Assembly: GCA_964057225.1 (NCBI GenBank)
Contig: OZ059894.1
Span: 8,184,001-8,248,000, forward strand
Source of the DNA: Auanema rhodensis
Taxonomy: Eukaryota > Animalia > Nematoda
Reading direction: 5' to 3'
Length of the DNA: 64,000 bases
Shown: positions 51,250-63,941 of the stretch, piece after piece
Layout: the number at the start of each line of letters is the position of its first letter
Position numbering within the stretch: position 1 is the stretch's first letter
Notes under the pieces: generated by a model
Seen by the model: the letters and a program-made list of their open reading frames with translations, nothing else
Told to the model about the DNA's origin: nothing
Databases searched by the model: none
Translations under genes and position numbers: made by a program

Positions 51250-51472
51250 GAGCCCACCCGGGAGCGAAATATTTTTGGTTTCCACAGTTCCAATTAAGCA
51301 AAATTAAAATTTTAATTCATCTACTTACGATCTCATTCATAAATTTTCTAGAAGGATTGGATAAGATAGACCAGAACATCAGAAAATATGGATCATTGAC
51401 TGATCTAAAACAGAAGTAGAAACTTCACAAGTCTAGATTGTTGAGTATATGTGCTTCCGTGGCGCAATAGGC

Positions 51473-51508
<36 letters not shown>

Positions 51509-51731
51509 GAGCCCACCCGGGAGCGAAATATTTTTGGTTTCCACAGTTCCAATTAAGCAAAATTAAAATTTTAATTCATCTACTTACGATCTCATTCATA
51601 AATTTTCTAGAAGGATTGGATAAGAAAGAGCAGAACTTGGGAAAATACGGATCATTGACTGATCTAAAACAGAAGTAGAAACTTCACAAGTTTAGATTGT
51701 TGAGTATATGTGCTTCCGTGGCGCAATAGGC

Positions 51732-51767
<36 letters not shown>

Positions 51768-51990
51768 GAGCCCACCCGGGAGCGAAATATTTTTGGTTTC
51801 CACAGTTCCAATTAAGCAAAATTAAAATTTTAATTCATCTACTTACGATCTCATTCATAAATTTTCTAGAAGGATTGGATAAGATAGACCAGAACATCAG
51901 AAAATATGGATCATTGACTGATCTAAAACAGAAGTAGAAACTTCACAAGTCTAGATTGTTGAGTATATGTGCTTCCGTGGCGCAATAGGC

Positions 51991-52026
<36 letters not shown>

Positions 52027-52261
52027 GAGCCCACCCGGGAGCGAAACATTTTTGATTTCCACAGTTCAAATTAAGCTTCAAATTGAGCGAAATTAAAATT
52101 TTAATTCATCTACTTACGATCTCATTCATAAATTTTCTAGAAGGATTGGATAAGATAGACCAGAACATCAGAAAATATGGATCATTGACTGATCTAAAAC
52201 AGAAGTAGAAACTTCACAAGTCTAGATTGTTGAGTATATGTGCTTCCGTGGCGCAATAGGC

Positions 52262-52297
<36 letters not shown>

Positions 52298-52532
52298 GAG
52301 CCCACCCGGGAGCGAAACATTTTTGATTTCCACAGTTCAAATTAAGCTTCAAATTGAGCGAAATTAAAATTTTAATTCATCTACTTACGATCTCATTCAT
52401 AAATTTTCTAGAAGGATTGGATAAGATAGACCAGAACATCAGAAAATATGGATCATTGACTGATCTAAAACAGAAGTAGAAACTTCACAAGTCTAGATTG
52501 TTGAGTATATGTGCTTCCGTGGCGCAATAGGC

Positions 52533-52568
<36 letters not shown>

Positions 52569-52791
52569 GAGCCCACCCGGGAGCGAAATATTTTTGGTTT
52601 CCACAGTTCCAATTAAGCGAAATTAAAATTTTAATTCATCTACTTACGATCTCATTCATATATTTTCTAGAAGGATTGGATAAGATAGACCAGAACATCA
52701 GAAAATATGGATCATTGACTGATCTAAAACAGAAGTAGAAACTTCACAAGTCTAGATTGTTGAGTATATGTGCTTCCGTGGCGCAATAGGC

Positions 52792-52827
<36 letters not shown>

Positions 52828-53062
52828 GAGCCCACCCGGGAGCGAAACATTTTTGATTTCCACAGTTCAAATTAAACTTCAAATTGAGCGAAATTAAAAT
52901 TTTAATTCATCTACTTACGATCTCATTCATAAATTTTCTAGAAGGATTGGATAAGATAGACCAGAACATCAGAAAATATGGATCATTGACTGATCTAAAA
53001 CAGAAGTAGAAACTTCACAAGTCTAGATTGTTGAGTATATGTGCTTCCGTGGCGCAATAGGC
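50505..53062 (+). repeat. tRNA-Asn(GTT) tandem array, block 4 (9 genes plus one split in the D loop)
   Basis: 259/271-bp units; the last gene breaks after ...caatAGGC. Confidence 0.96.
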
Positions 53063-53436
53063 CGTTACATATTGTTTCTTCCCGTCTTTTCATGGTCGGA
53101 AGATATATGTACTTCTACCTTGTTCCTTAGGTAGGCAGACCCGAACGCCCCGATTTCCTTATTAAGACAAATACTTAAAGAGAAAAGGATTCATTATCAG
53201 ATAACAAGAAAATACAATATAAGAATTACATTAAGAAAGAATATAAAGAGATATGATGAAGTATTAAATAGAGTATATATATAGATGATATAGAGATGAG
53301 ACTCACATGACTATAAGACAACCTATCTGGGTTAGACCAGAAGCAAGAGTGCCATGTGTGTCCCATGTTGTGGGCGGGGCTTGTTCAGGCTCCCGCTATT
53401 TGAATAGCGCGCACATGTGTGCTTGCAGATGTGAAA
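53063..53436 (-). repeat. Family B 3' LTR (374 bp)
   Basis: Homologous to 55103-55485 and 57416-57798; PPT GGTGGGGGGA adjacent on the minus strand. Confidence 0.92.
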
Positions 53437-54189
53437 TCCCCCCACCTTAAAAAGTTGAACGTCCTCGTTCAAAAACAAAATAAATTAATTCACTTTTTAA
53501 GATAGTTGGGTGTTGGAAAAAAAATCATGGTGTAGTGGATAAAAAAAAAGTGTATACAATACGATTTGAAAGTTTAGCTATCGTCTCTTCAAGTTTGTTG
53601 AATTCGAAATGTAGTATCGAGTAGATTCTATTCCATTCACTTGAGTAGTGAAATGCTTGCAAACGAGAGCTTTGCTTCTAAACCATTCGACTGTGATATA
53701 GTCGTTCATTTTCTCGAGTTGTACAGGTACGGTGTTACCCTGAGAATAGGTCGAGCCCGTTCTGTACAAAAAAATGAAAACTCGTTTAACCCGTATGACT
53801 AATGTCCATAAGGTGAATACAAGTAATGATTAAGCATAAAAAATAGCAAAATTCACAAGAGAATGTTGAAAAAAATCTACTCAATGAGAGTTGGAGTAAT
53901 AAAACAAACTTTTGTAAAACAATAGCAGACTTCTCAGAGAAAATCAATCAACAACAAAGAAGTGGTACAATCAGAAATGGCACAAAATAAAATAAAAAAA
54001 TTTCAACAATTTGATTTTGTTAAAAAAAACTACCTTCAAGAAATTGTGATAACCGGAATAGATGTTGTCCGTTGGTAAGGTTTGACGAAGTCCTTGTGTA
54101 CTCTTCTGCTTTTTCCTTTATCTGTTTGAACCACGACGAAAGATCTTTGAACTGCTGTAACTAAATAAGGCCCTTCGAATGAAGGTGTT

Positions 54190-55102
54190 TATCACTTTGA
54201 GTAAAAGTCAGATACTTTGTAGATTTGACCTTTGGAATCGAATCACTACTAAGGATCTTAGTTATAAATAGTGATCGTGCTGTTGTGTTAGTTGGTCCAG
54301 CTGACATACCATCGGGTGTAATTATGCCCATATCCGAATTGGCTGTGATGTATAGAGGGTTGAGAATTTCACAAACGTCCTTTGGACATCTGTATGAAAC
54401 GGATCTTGTTTCTCCAACCTTAAACACACGTGATAAGTATCTATACTGCATGACAAATGTCGTACCTAGGGAATTTACGAACGGAATCTGGCACAAATCT
54501 CCGTACAATCTAACAGATGAGGCGTTCGAGAAATGTATACAAAGAATAAGTGCTCCGGGGTGAACCATAATTGCCTCGTCGATAAAAAGTTCGTCACAAG
54601 TAAAACGACGCTCTGGATGCATTAAATATGACGTAATCGTTCTCACACGTTTCTCATTGGGAGTATTTTTCCAACCGAGTCTTTCAATATAGTCATCTTT
54701 TCCAGCCCGCGTGGCAACTAATACACATGATTCATCACTTTCCGATAATTTCTTCGCGATTTCCGTTGTTTTACCACATCCTGGAGCAGCTTGTACGACG
54801 AATATGTCAGAAGGCACGGACAGGTCGCGACAATCTGACACTTTCTTTAGGATCTCATCGTCCAATGCAAAAAGACAGTAGTCACTTACGACAGACAATC
54901 CGGCAACTTCCGCATCAATATCAACGAACTCTCCGTTAAAAAATTTTACCCGATAGTCGCGGATCGAACACGATGTAGAGGTGAGTGCACGCCCAGTATT
55001 AGAAATAATAATATAGTTGCCAGGTTCACGTGCGATGGTTTCACGAGCGCGTTGATCCTCGTTGTATATACGCAACATCCTATTGTGGTTCGATACTGCG
55101 CT
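54190..55102 (-). pseudogene. Endogenous viral element: superfamily 1 RNA helicase, C-terminally truncated
   Basis: Motifs AAPGCGKTT, FIDEA, YGDLCQIPF, SYRCPKDV and LTFTQSDK, typical of tobamo/nege-like replicases. Confidence 0.92.
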
Positions 55103-56088
55103 CGTTACATATTGTTTCTTCCCGTCTTTTCATGGTCGGAAGATATATGTACTTCTACCTTGTTCCTTAGGTAGGCAGACCCGAACGCCCCGATTTCCTT
55201 ATTAAGACAAATACTTAAAGAGAAAAAGATTCATTATCAGATAACAAGAAAATACAATATAAGAATTACATTAAGAAAGAATATAAAGAGATCTAATAAA
55301 GTATTAAATAGAGTATATATATATAGATGATATAGAGATGAGACTCACATGGCTATAAGACAACCTATCTGGGTTAGGCCAGAAGCAAGAGTGCCATGTG
55401 TGTCCCATGTTGTGGGCGGGGCTTGTTCAGGCTCCCGCTATTTGAATAGCGCGCACATGTTTACCATTTGCTTGCAGATGTGACATCCCCCCACCTTAAA
55501 AAGTTGAACGTCCTCGTTCAAAAACAAAATAAATTAATTCACTTTTTAAGATAGTTGGATGTTGGAAAAAAAATCATGGTGTAGTGGATAAAAAAAAAAT
55601 GTATACAATACGATTTGAAAGTTTAGCTATTGTCTCTTCAAGTTTGTTGAATTCGAAATGTAGTATCGAGTAGATTCTATTTCATTCACTTGAGTAGTGA
55701 AATGCTTGCAAACGAGAGCTTTGCTTCTAAACCATTCGACTGTGATATAGTCGTTCATTTTCTTGAGTTGTACAGGTACGGTGTTACCCTGAGAATAGGT
55801 CGAGCTCGTTTTGTACAAAAAAATGAAAACTCGTTTAACCCGTATGACTAATGTCCATAAGGTGAATACAAGTAATGATTAAGCATAAAAAATAGCATGA
55901 TTCACAAGAGAATGTTGAAAAAAAAATCTACTCAATGAGAGTTGGAGTAATAAAACAAAACCTTGTAAAACAATAGCAGACTTCTCAGAGAAAATCAATC
56001 AACAACAAAGAAGTGTTACAATTAGAAATGGCACAAAATAAAATAAGAAAAATTTCAACAATTTGATTTTGTTAAAAAAAAACTACCT

Positions 56089-56274
56089 TCAAGAAATTGT
56101 GATAACCGGAATAGATGTTGTCCGTTGGTAAGGTTTGACGAAGTCCTTGTGTACTCTTCTGCTTTTTCCTTTATCTGTTTGAACCACGACGAAAGATCTT
56201 TGAACTGCTGTAACTAAATAAGGCCCTTCGAATGAAGGTGTTAGTTTGTTTCGTGTAGAATTCACTTTTATCAT
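56089..56274 (-). pseudogene. Integrase C-terminal (GPY) remnant of family B
   Basis: KLTPSFEGPYLV...RRVHKDFVKPY parallels family A KLRKSYDGPYEV...DIHKDNLKLF. Confidence 0.8.
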
Positions 56275-57402
56275 AACTAAGTCATTAACCGTTGTTTATT
56301 CTTCTTTGTTGTTGTGTGACATACAAAAGGTATGGCTCTGGTGATCCTTGTTCCTAATCTTTGTTGTCCTCGCTGATGTCCGAGTCCGACATGGTGGCTG
56401 GTGAATACAGTTAGATGAATATAAGAGCGCGTACTGGAAGCAACTAGACTCCAGTAAAAACGTTTGTGACAATGGCGTCTGATGAAGGAGGATCGTTGAA
56501 GCTTCAAGCTCCGCCTCCAGCCATGTGTCACGACACCAGATGTTAGCGCTTATGGTAAACAACCATTGACCGTCTGTCGTGATATTTGAATATTATAATC
56601 ACTAATGTCAGCTTAGAGACAAATTAGGAATCACAGATGGTGCCTTAAGCCTGTTTGAAAACTTTTGAATTTTAACAGCTGTTATTGACTACACATGCCG
56701 AACAGCTGGTACGCGTGGGCCAACTATTTGAATGTGAGTAAGCTTAAAGTAAACAAAAATGTCTCATCTCGTATATTAAGTTCAATTTTATAAAGTTTAT
56801 TAAGATTTGTAGAAAGAATTTCAAAATAAATCTTAATTAAGATAATTTTTAATTTAATTTCAAAAGATTTAGAAGGTAATTTAAGATTGATATAGGAATT
56901 CAAATTCAGTAATCTGTCAATAATATAGGAAAAAGGAAACGTTGGCAGACGTAGAGTGGACTTGGGTGGGTAGGAATTTAAATATTCTTATTATCTCTGA
57001 ACTAATAAGAAAAGAGTTAACAGGAGTAGAACCCTGATGAACCCTTGGATGTGAATCAAAATCAAAAATCGTAAATAAAATTATCCCAACAGCCTCCAGC
57101 TTCCAAACAACTCAGCTAAAAAGTGAGCTCTGTTGCCACACTGGACATTCACATCATAAAGTAATGAATCAAAATAGCACGCGCGTGCATAACAAAAAGG
57201 TAACGCTCGTCAAAACTATTGTCTGATAGTTTCCCCAAACGTCTCAGACACCTCCCAGTTTTTGTTGAGCGGAGGAGAAGTGGTAGCCAAAATAATTTTT
57301 GGGGAAATCATGGTGCACGGCTCGGTTACTCCTCACTGTTGGGTAATTAAGTCCAAAAGTCTCGTAAACTTGCTGTCAATAAATTAACAGTAGAGTAAGC
57401 AA

Positions 57403-57415
57403 GGTGGAACCTCCA
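57403..57415 (-). promoter_or_regulatory. Family B primer-binding site (tRNA-Gln type)
   Basis: TGGAGGTTCCACC, identical to the family A PBS, abutting the 5' LTR. Confidence 0.8.
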
Positions 57416-57798
57416 CGTTACATATTGTTTCTTCCCGTCTTTTCATGGTCGGAAGATATATGTACTTCTACCTTGTTCCTTAGGTAGGCAGACCCGAACG
57501 CCCCGATTTCCTTATTAAGACAAATACTTAAAGAGAAAAAGATTCATTATCAGATAACAAGAAAATACAATATAAGAATTACATTAAGAAAGAATATAAA
57601 GAGATCTAATAAAGTATTAAATAGAGTATATATATATAGATGATATAGAGATGAGACTCACATGGCTATAAGACAACCTATCTGGGTTAGGCCAGAAGCA
57701 AGAGTGCCATGTGTGTCCCATGTTGTGGGCGGGGCTTGTTCAGGCTCCCGCTATTTGAATAGCGCGCACATGTTTACCATTTGCTTGCAGATGTGACA

Positions 57799-58975
57799 CG
57801 CTAGTATGAACAGCTGTTAAGTAACGGGTATATTCGTCAACGACTTCAATTGGTGACGGATAAGGTAATGACCCACCACTTGAAACTCCTTCTGTGGGTT
57901 TTTGTTGATCCGTGAGTGGCTCCAATCGACTCGGTTGTGATTTGTCTCTATAAAATCTTTTTAAATAGTACCTATATATCGAATCGTTTTGTTCTGGAGA
58001 CTGGATATTATGGGCCATCTTAAAGACTGGCCGTATCCTATGAATTGATGAATTCATATATAAAGAACGGCAGATAACAAAAACAGTCGAAGCCATTAGG
58101 ACACGAAGTGTCGTCTTATAGGCACAGGTGAAAGGCACAACAAAAACTTCAACAGACATCGATTGGCGTAAGGGAGAAACTGGACATTCGCCAGTAATTC
58201 TACAAAGCAAATATGCTGGAAGACGAGCCAAAGAATGGGCAAATGAGTATAATGCTGCGGCAGCACCCGAAAAAATCCCAATCGTCCCAAAGGTATATAT
58301 TTGCCTCATGATGTAAAGGATGTTAATTCCGATATTACAATTGATTGTTAGTTCAGCAGGTTCAAAAGTTTTCATTGAATTATTATCAATAAGTGGTCTA
58401 ATACGATTGTTTACAGAAAAGGATATTAAATGTCTAATACTTATGTAATACAAAATAATTGACGCACCGGCAACACTTCCAATCAAAGTATTCGAAAACT
58501 TTGGGACGGTGTAAGCAACCCACTGGGGTGAATACAACTGAATCAGGGCCTCTCGTTGGTCTAGATTTGACAACATGCAACGCGTTAAGATTTCAATGTT
58601 CACTGGTAAAACAGTGTAGATATAAGAAATATCGTAACACAAATACATGGACACTGAGCCGATGGCTGCAATTGTACCATAGGCGGCTGACACAACTGGG
58701 TTTAGATAAGGTATCGGTGTTATTTTTCTCTGTGGTTCTGGATCGACAAAATCCTTTACGACGTGATAGGCAGACACACAACCTGTGATAAAGGACACGC
58801 CCAATTGCGTTAGAGATTTTGCAGTCATCGCTCCGTAAACGGATACCAGACATGTACTAATGAGAATCTCTCGCTTAGTGAACCAAAATGAAGTGTTCGA
58901 ACTTTTAGATGTGAATTCCGATTTATCATTAACAGTAGGTTGTTGATCTTCCTCTATAACCGGGCCTTCTTGCAT
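57799..58975 (-). pseudogene. Endogenous viral element: hydrophobic central region of the replicase
   Basis: Several hydrophobic segments; joins the helicase ORF in frame when the nested element and one TSD are removed. Confidence 0.75.
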
Positions 58976-61900
58976 AATTCACCTTCAGAGAAGATTGCAT
59001 ACTGGTTTATACCTTGATCGTCCATAAGCGCAAGCCATCTATCGTAGTCAATATACCTCCAACCAATAGTGTTGCTCTTCTTCGCTGCAAATGATATCAC
59101 ATTTGAGATATACGTGACGTCTTCAGCAGGCAGTTGAGCACAGTCATACTTCATCATAAATTGGTATTTATGAAGGCGACGCAAATTGTTGATTCTATTA
59201 TTCGCCTTGATACTCGCGACCATTCGTGCGTCTCCGTGTATCTCCGCTCGTCTCGTCAGAATAAATTCGATCAACGATCTTTTGTCTGGAAGTTCTATTC
59301 TGTATGGGGATCCTTCGTCGTTCCAAAACAATGTTTTAGCGCTAGAACGATCGCTCGGGAGGGACGGTAGCGCTGAACCACCAACCATTTTGCTGGGTGA
59401 CGATAGATACGGTCTTAATTGATCGCAAATTGCAGTATTCACGTAAATCTTCGGTAAATTCACATCAGTGGCACGTTTGTTTTTTGCCTTTGGATGGTCA
59501 AAATAAGTTTTTAAACTTCGTGCACGGAAAAGCCCGTCAGCACGGATATCCAGGTACATATTCACACATTTAATGTAAAATTTTTCAAAAACGCCTGGGT
59601 CAACTGACGATTTAGAATCGTTAAAACGGGAACAAATCACGTAGAATTCCGAAGATGTTTTTGGGGTTGCGTGCAAAAATTTTACAGAAAGATCTTCGAA
59701 ACATCTAGACAACCGGAACAAGTAGCCCTTAGTGATAGCATGTGTGGGATTAAATAATTTTAGAACCAAGTTCCCCCCGTTCTCCAGTATCTTTGTAGCA
59801 AAGTCAATTTCAAGAGATATAAACTTCTCATTCTCAACAACCCGACTATCCTGATCTTTTCCGACCTTCTGCACACATCCATCCGCCAGTACCAAAGAAA
59901 ATTTTCCGTGTACAAGTACCTGAGATGTTACTCTATCAACGAAACCCGGAGCTAATAAATCCATCGCTGCATCTTTAGTGTCGTAGTAGGGTATTACCCT
60001 TAGTTGTTGCTGAGGAGGCAACTCAAGCTGCACGGGGATCGTCCCGTATAACGTGTGTATGTCAGCTGCAGAGTTCTGAAGCACGAATTCGATGAACCCG
60101 CCCGGACCACTGCATAAATCGAAAATCTTGTCGTGGTAAAGATCGATACTTCCCAACGCGTACAACTCACACAATTTTATGGCAGATCTACATACGAAGC
60201 CCCCCTTCTCTAAGGGATGAGTCGGACATATGACATCCTTTAACCTACGGTAAACCACTGCCGGAAGGGACTCAAAAAATATGCCATATGCTTTTGTTAA
60301 GTCGTTCACCCGCTGGATAGGGAAATCTCCTACCTGAGCATTATCATTTATTTTTGATAACTGTACACCGTTGGAACTAGGCCTTTTCTTCTCGAGTGCG
60401 GAAAAATGGTTAACAGTATGAACAATATGATACACAGGTTTATCTGAAGTGTAATCTTCTGGTTTGTATAGAATACAACTTCCGTTTGATGAGTGCAAAC
60501 AAACAGCCACATTATAAGCGCCACAAAACAATGGCACATCGTCTGAGGTGCCCCAAGTATCCTCGTCGACACAAGACCCAACGCTCAATAACCGTTTAGC
60601 CTGCTCCGGTGTTGCTTTATCTGATGATGCAAGTTTACGCTTAATAACGACAACCGAATCATTAGTTGCGCCTGACAACCTAAGGGAATGATACAAACAA
60701 TCTCCATCGGCCGGTGTTGGAACAGTCTCTAAGTCTTCTGCACAGGATGTAATATCACAAGAAATAACAGTCGGATTGACAACTTTATGTACCGGGATGA
60801 GTAAATCCGGAAGTAACTTCGGTTTTACGACCGTGGGGTTAATGGAATCAGGAAATATTAATTTTACACACGGATCGTCTTCGAGGAGAGTAGTGTCGTC
60901 TCTAATTACCTCAGGAATAACGTCGGAGAATTCAACATAGTCGAGAAGTTCAGCAGTCTTGATAGGGAACGCTCCTTTATCAGTACAAAGATAATCAACT
61001 ATCTTGTCAATAAACGTATCACCAGCGGATAATTCAAGCGGATCTACCTTCTCTTTAGAAGAGAACTTATTACAGTCTTCGGACATCATTTCCACAGTGT
61101 GCGTTTGAGTTATTCTTTTAAGTCCGGAATAGAAAGTGGGTGAAACTATACGCCTAAGAATGCTATGGCGAGCATCAGAAGCCGAATCAGTAAATTCACG
61201 CGTTGTTTGCGATGTCTGGTACCTGTCATAGTACACTGTTGCGTACGCCGCCACTGAAATTAATAATAATTCACGATATGAATGCTGTTGGCGACTTTCT
61301 ACTGTTTGCCCATTAATAATTGTTCGAACATTCATCGAACCAGCGATGGTGAATACTTGTCTAAATGTAAATTTTCCCTCCGGGGCCATCATTGCATACG
61401 ATAAAACTCTTTCAAATAAGTTATTATATATCGGGACGATAACTACTTTATATCCATATATGGTCGTATCGCAAGGCTCATAGGTTCTCAAGAATTTATT
61501 AGTAGGCGAGACAAATGGAAGACACCGTGACACATTATGCTTAGGCAAGGTATAATCGCTTCTAACAACATCAAATACAAGATGGTTGCGAATATATAGC
61601 GGGCACATTATTGAATACATTGTGTCTGTAGAGAGCGATCTCATCGCAAATGACACAATTATAGCGATATACGTGTCCCAACGATGAATGTAGGAATCCT
61701 GAGAGTCGTTGTCAAAATGAAACTTTATCCATTGTACGCCGTGCGACCTATATCGAGAGAAGTTCACTCCTGTCAATTCCGAAAACTTTCCCGATTGCTG
61801 GAACAAGACGATCGGATCAAATAATATTACTCCAGATGCCTTTTTCACGTTAGTATTTTCGAGCATTTTCAGTAAGTCGGCCGGAGAAATATTATAGATG

Positions 61901-62134
61901 GAATGAATAAACGTCATATACGGGGCTGTTATTTGACAATGTTGAGACATGTTCTTACAGGTATACATTTGGTCTCCTTTTAAAATCCTATCGGAAATCT
62001 TAGTTCTCACTTCCAACATTTTAGGATCAAAGTCGAGAATGCGTTGTAATTGAGTGTTCTGCGAACAATTACGGTGGATGTCTGCTGCATTAACGACTGG
62101 ACTACAAGAGTGAAAAGAAGTCCATCCGGATGTG
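58954..62134 (-). pseudogene. Endogenous viral element: N-truncated replicase with alphavirus-like methyltransferase, OTU-like protease and FtsJ-like 2'-O-methyltransferase
   Basis: HSCSPVVNAADIHR (in frame upstream of the 62019 ATG) and FIHSIYNI; ADGDCLYHS...WG...HFS; RSAIKL, DLCSGPGG, LADG, LVLKLF, SSEFY (K-D-K-E). Confidence 0.9.
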
Positions 62135-62220
62135 TGTGTGTCCCATGTTGTGGGCGGGGCTTGTTCAGGCTCCCGCTATTTGAATAGCGCGCACATGTGT
62201 GCTTGCAGATGTGACAAGGC

Positions 62221-62256
<36 letters not shown>

Positions 62257-62273
62257 GAGCCCACCCGGGAGTT

Positions 62274-63124
62274 TTTCTACTGTTTGCCCATTAATAATTG
62301 TTCGAACATTCATCGAACCAGCGATGGTGAATACTTGTCTAAATGTAAATTTTCCCTCCGGGGCCATCATTGCATACGATAAAACTCTTTCAAATAAGTT
62401 ATCGTGACACATACATTACATTTATTAAGTTACCGTGACACATTATGCTTAGGCAAGGTATAATCGCTTCTAACAACATCAAATACAAGATGGTTGCGAA
62501 TATATAGCGGGCACATTATTGAATACATTGTGTCTGTAGAGAGCGATCTCATCGCAAATGACACAATTATAGCGATATACGTGTCCCAACGATGAATGTA
62601 GGAATCCTGAGAGTCGTTGTCAAAATGAAACTTTATCCATTGTACGCCGTGCGACCTATATCGAGAGAAGTTCACTCCTGTCAATTCCGAAAACTTTCCC
62701 GATTGCTGGAACAAGACGATCGGATCAAATAATATTACTCCAGATGCCTTTTTCACGTTAGTATTTTCGAGCATTTTCAGTAAGTCGGCCGGAGAAATAT
62801 CATAGATGGAATGAATAAACGTCATATACGGGGCTGTTATTTGACAATGTTGAGACATGTTCTTACAGGTATACATTTGGTCTCCTTTTAAAATCCTATC
62901 GGAAATCTTAGTTCTCACTTCCAACATTTTAGGATCAAAGTCGAGAATGCGTTGTAATTGAGTGTTCTGCGAACAATTACGGTGGATGTCTGCTGCATTA
63001 ACGACTGGACTACAAGAGTGAAAAGAAGTCCATCCGGATGTGTGTGTGTCCCATGTTGTGGGCGGGGCTTGTTCAGGCTCCCGCTATTTGAATAGCGCGC
63101 ACATGTGTGCTTGCAGATGTGACA
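62274..63124 (-). repeat. Rearranged duplication of the virus/LTR junction
   Basis: 62274-62402 copies 61296-61424; 62432-63124 copies 61524-62216; about 29 nt of filler between; AGGC plus the tRNA 3' part occurs twice. Confidence 0.9.
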
Positions 63125-63128
63125 AGGC

Positions 63129-63164
<36 letters not shown>

Positions 63165-63387
63165 GAGCCCACCCGGGAGCGAAATATTTTTGGTTTCCAC
63201 AGTTCCAATTAAGCGAAATTAAAATTTTAATTCATCTACTTACGATCTCATTCATAAATTTTCTAGAAGGATTGGATAAGATAGACCAGAACATCAGAAA
63301 ATATGGATCATTGACTGATCTAAAACAGAAGTAGAAACTTCACAAGTCTAGATTGTTAAGTATATGTGCTTCCGTGGCGCAATAGGC

Positions 63388-63423
<36 letters not shown>

Positions 63424-63646
63424 GAGCCCACCCGGGAGCGAAATATTTTTGGTTTCCACAGTTCCAATTAAGCAAAATTAAAATTTTAATTCATCTACTT
63501 ACGATCTCATTCATAAATTTTCTAGAAGGATTGGATAAGATAGACCAGAACATCAGAAAATATGGATCATTGACTGATCTAAAACAGAAGTAGAAACTTC
63601 ACAAGTCTAGATTGTTGAGTATATGTGCTTCCGTGGCGCAATAGGC

Positions 63647-63682
<36 letters not shown>

Positions 63683-63905
63683 GAGCCCACCCGGGAGCGA
63701 AATATTTTTGGTTTCCACAGTTCCAATTAAGCGAAATTAAAATTTTAATTCATCTACTTACAATCTCATTCATAAATTTTCTAGAAGGATTGGATAAGAT
63801 ATACCAGAACATCAGAAAATATGGATCATTGACTGATCTAAAACAGAAGTAGAAACTTCACAAGTCTAGATTGTTGAGTATATGTGCTTCCGTGGCGCAA
63901 TAGGC

Positions 63906-63941
<36 letters not shown>

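Larger units (their letters stand above)
55103..57798 (-). mobile_element. Family B non-autonomous copy nested in the viral sequence (2696 bp)
   Basis: 383-bp LTRs 55103-55485 and 57416-57798; TSD CGCT at 55099-55102 and 57799-57802; PBS 57403-57415; PPT. Confidence 0.94.
53063..62216 (-). mobile_element. Family B LTR retrotransposon / RNA virus chimera integrated into a tRNA-Asn gene
   Basis: Full LTR 53063-53436, PPT, 3' UTR and integrase tail to 54189, viral sequence 54190-62134, 82-bp LTR terminus 62135-62216; TSD AGGC at 53059-53062 and 62217-62220. Confidence 0.92.

Noticed and set aside
59630-60200. FtsJ-like region as a host rRNA or cap methyltransferase gene
   Set aside because: It is intronless and in frame with a viral capping domain and upstream of a viral helicase, matching nege/kita-like replicases.
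62217-62276. Functional tRNA-virus fusion transcript at the duplicated junction
   Set aside because: The tRNA fragment lacks its 5' acceptor strand and most of the A box, and a T5 run follows immediately, so Pol III read-through is not supported.
256-63852. About 100 repeated 68-85 aa ORFs (MLPWRNRQ..., MFWSILSN..., MNEI...)
   Set aside because: They are translations of the tRNA unit on either strand; plus-strand ones start at GTG and all are opened or closed by neutral spacer variants.
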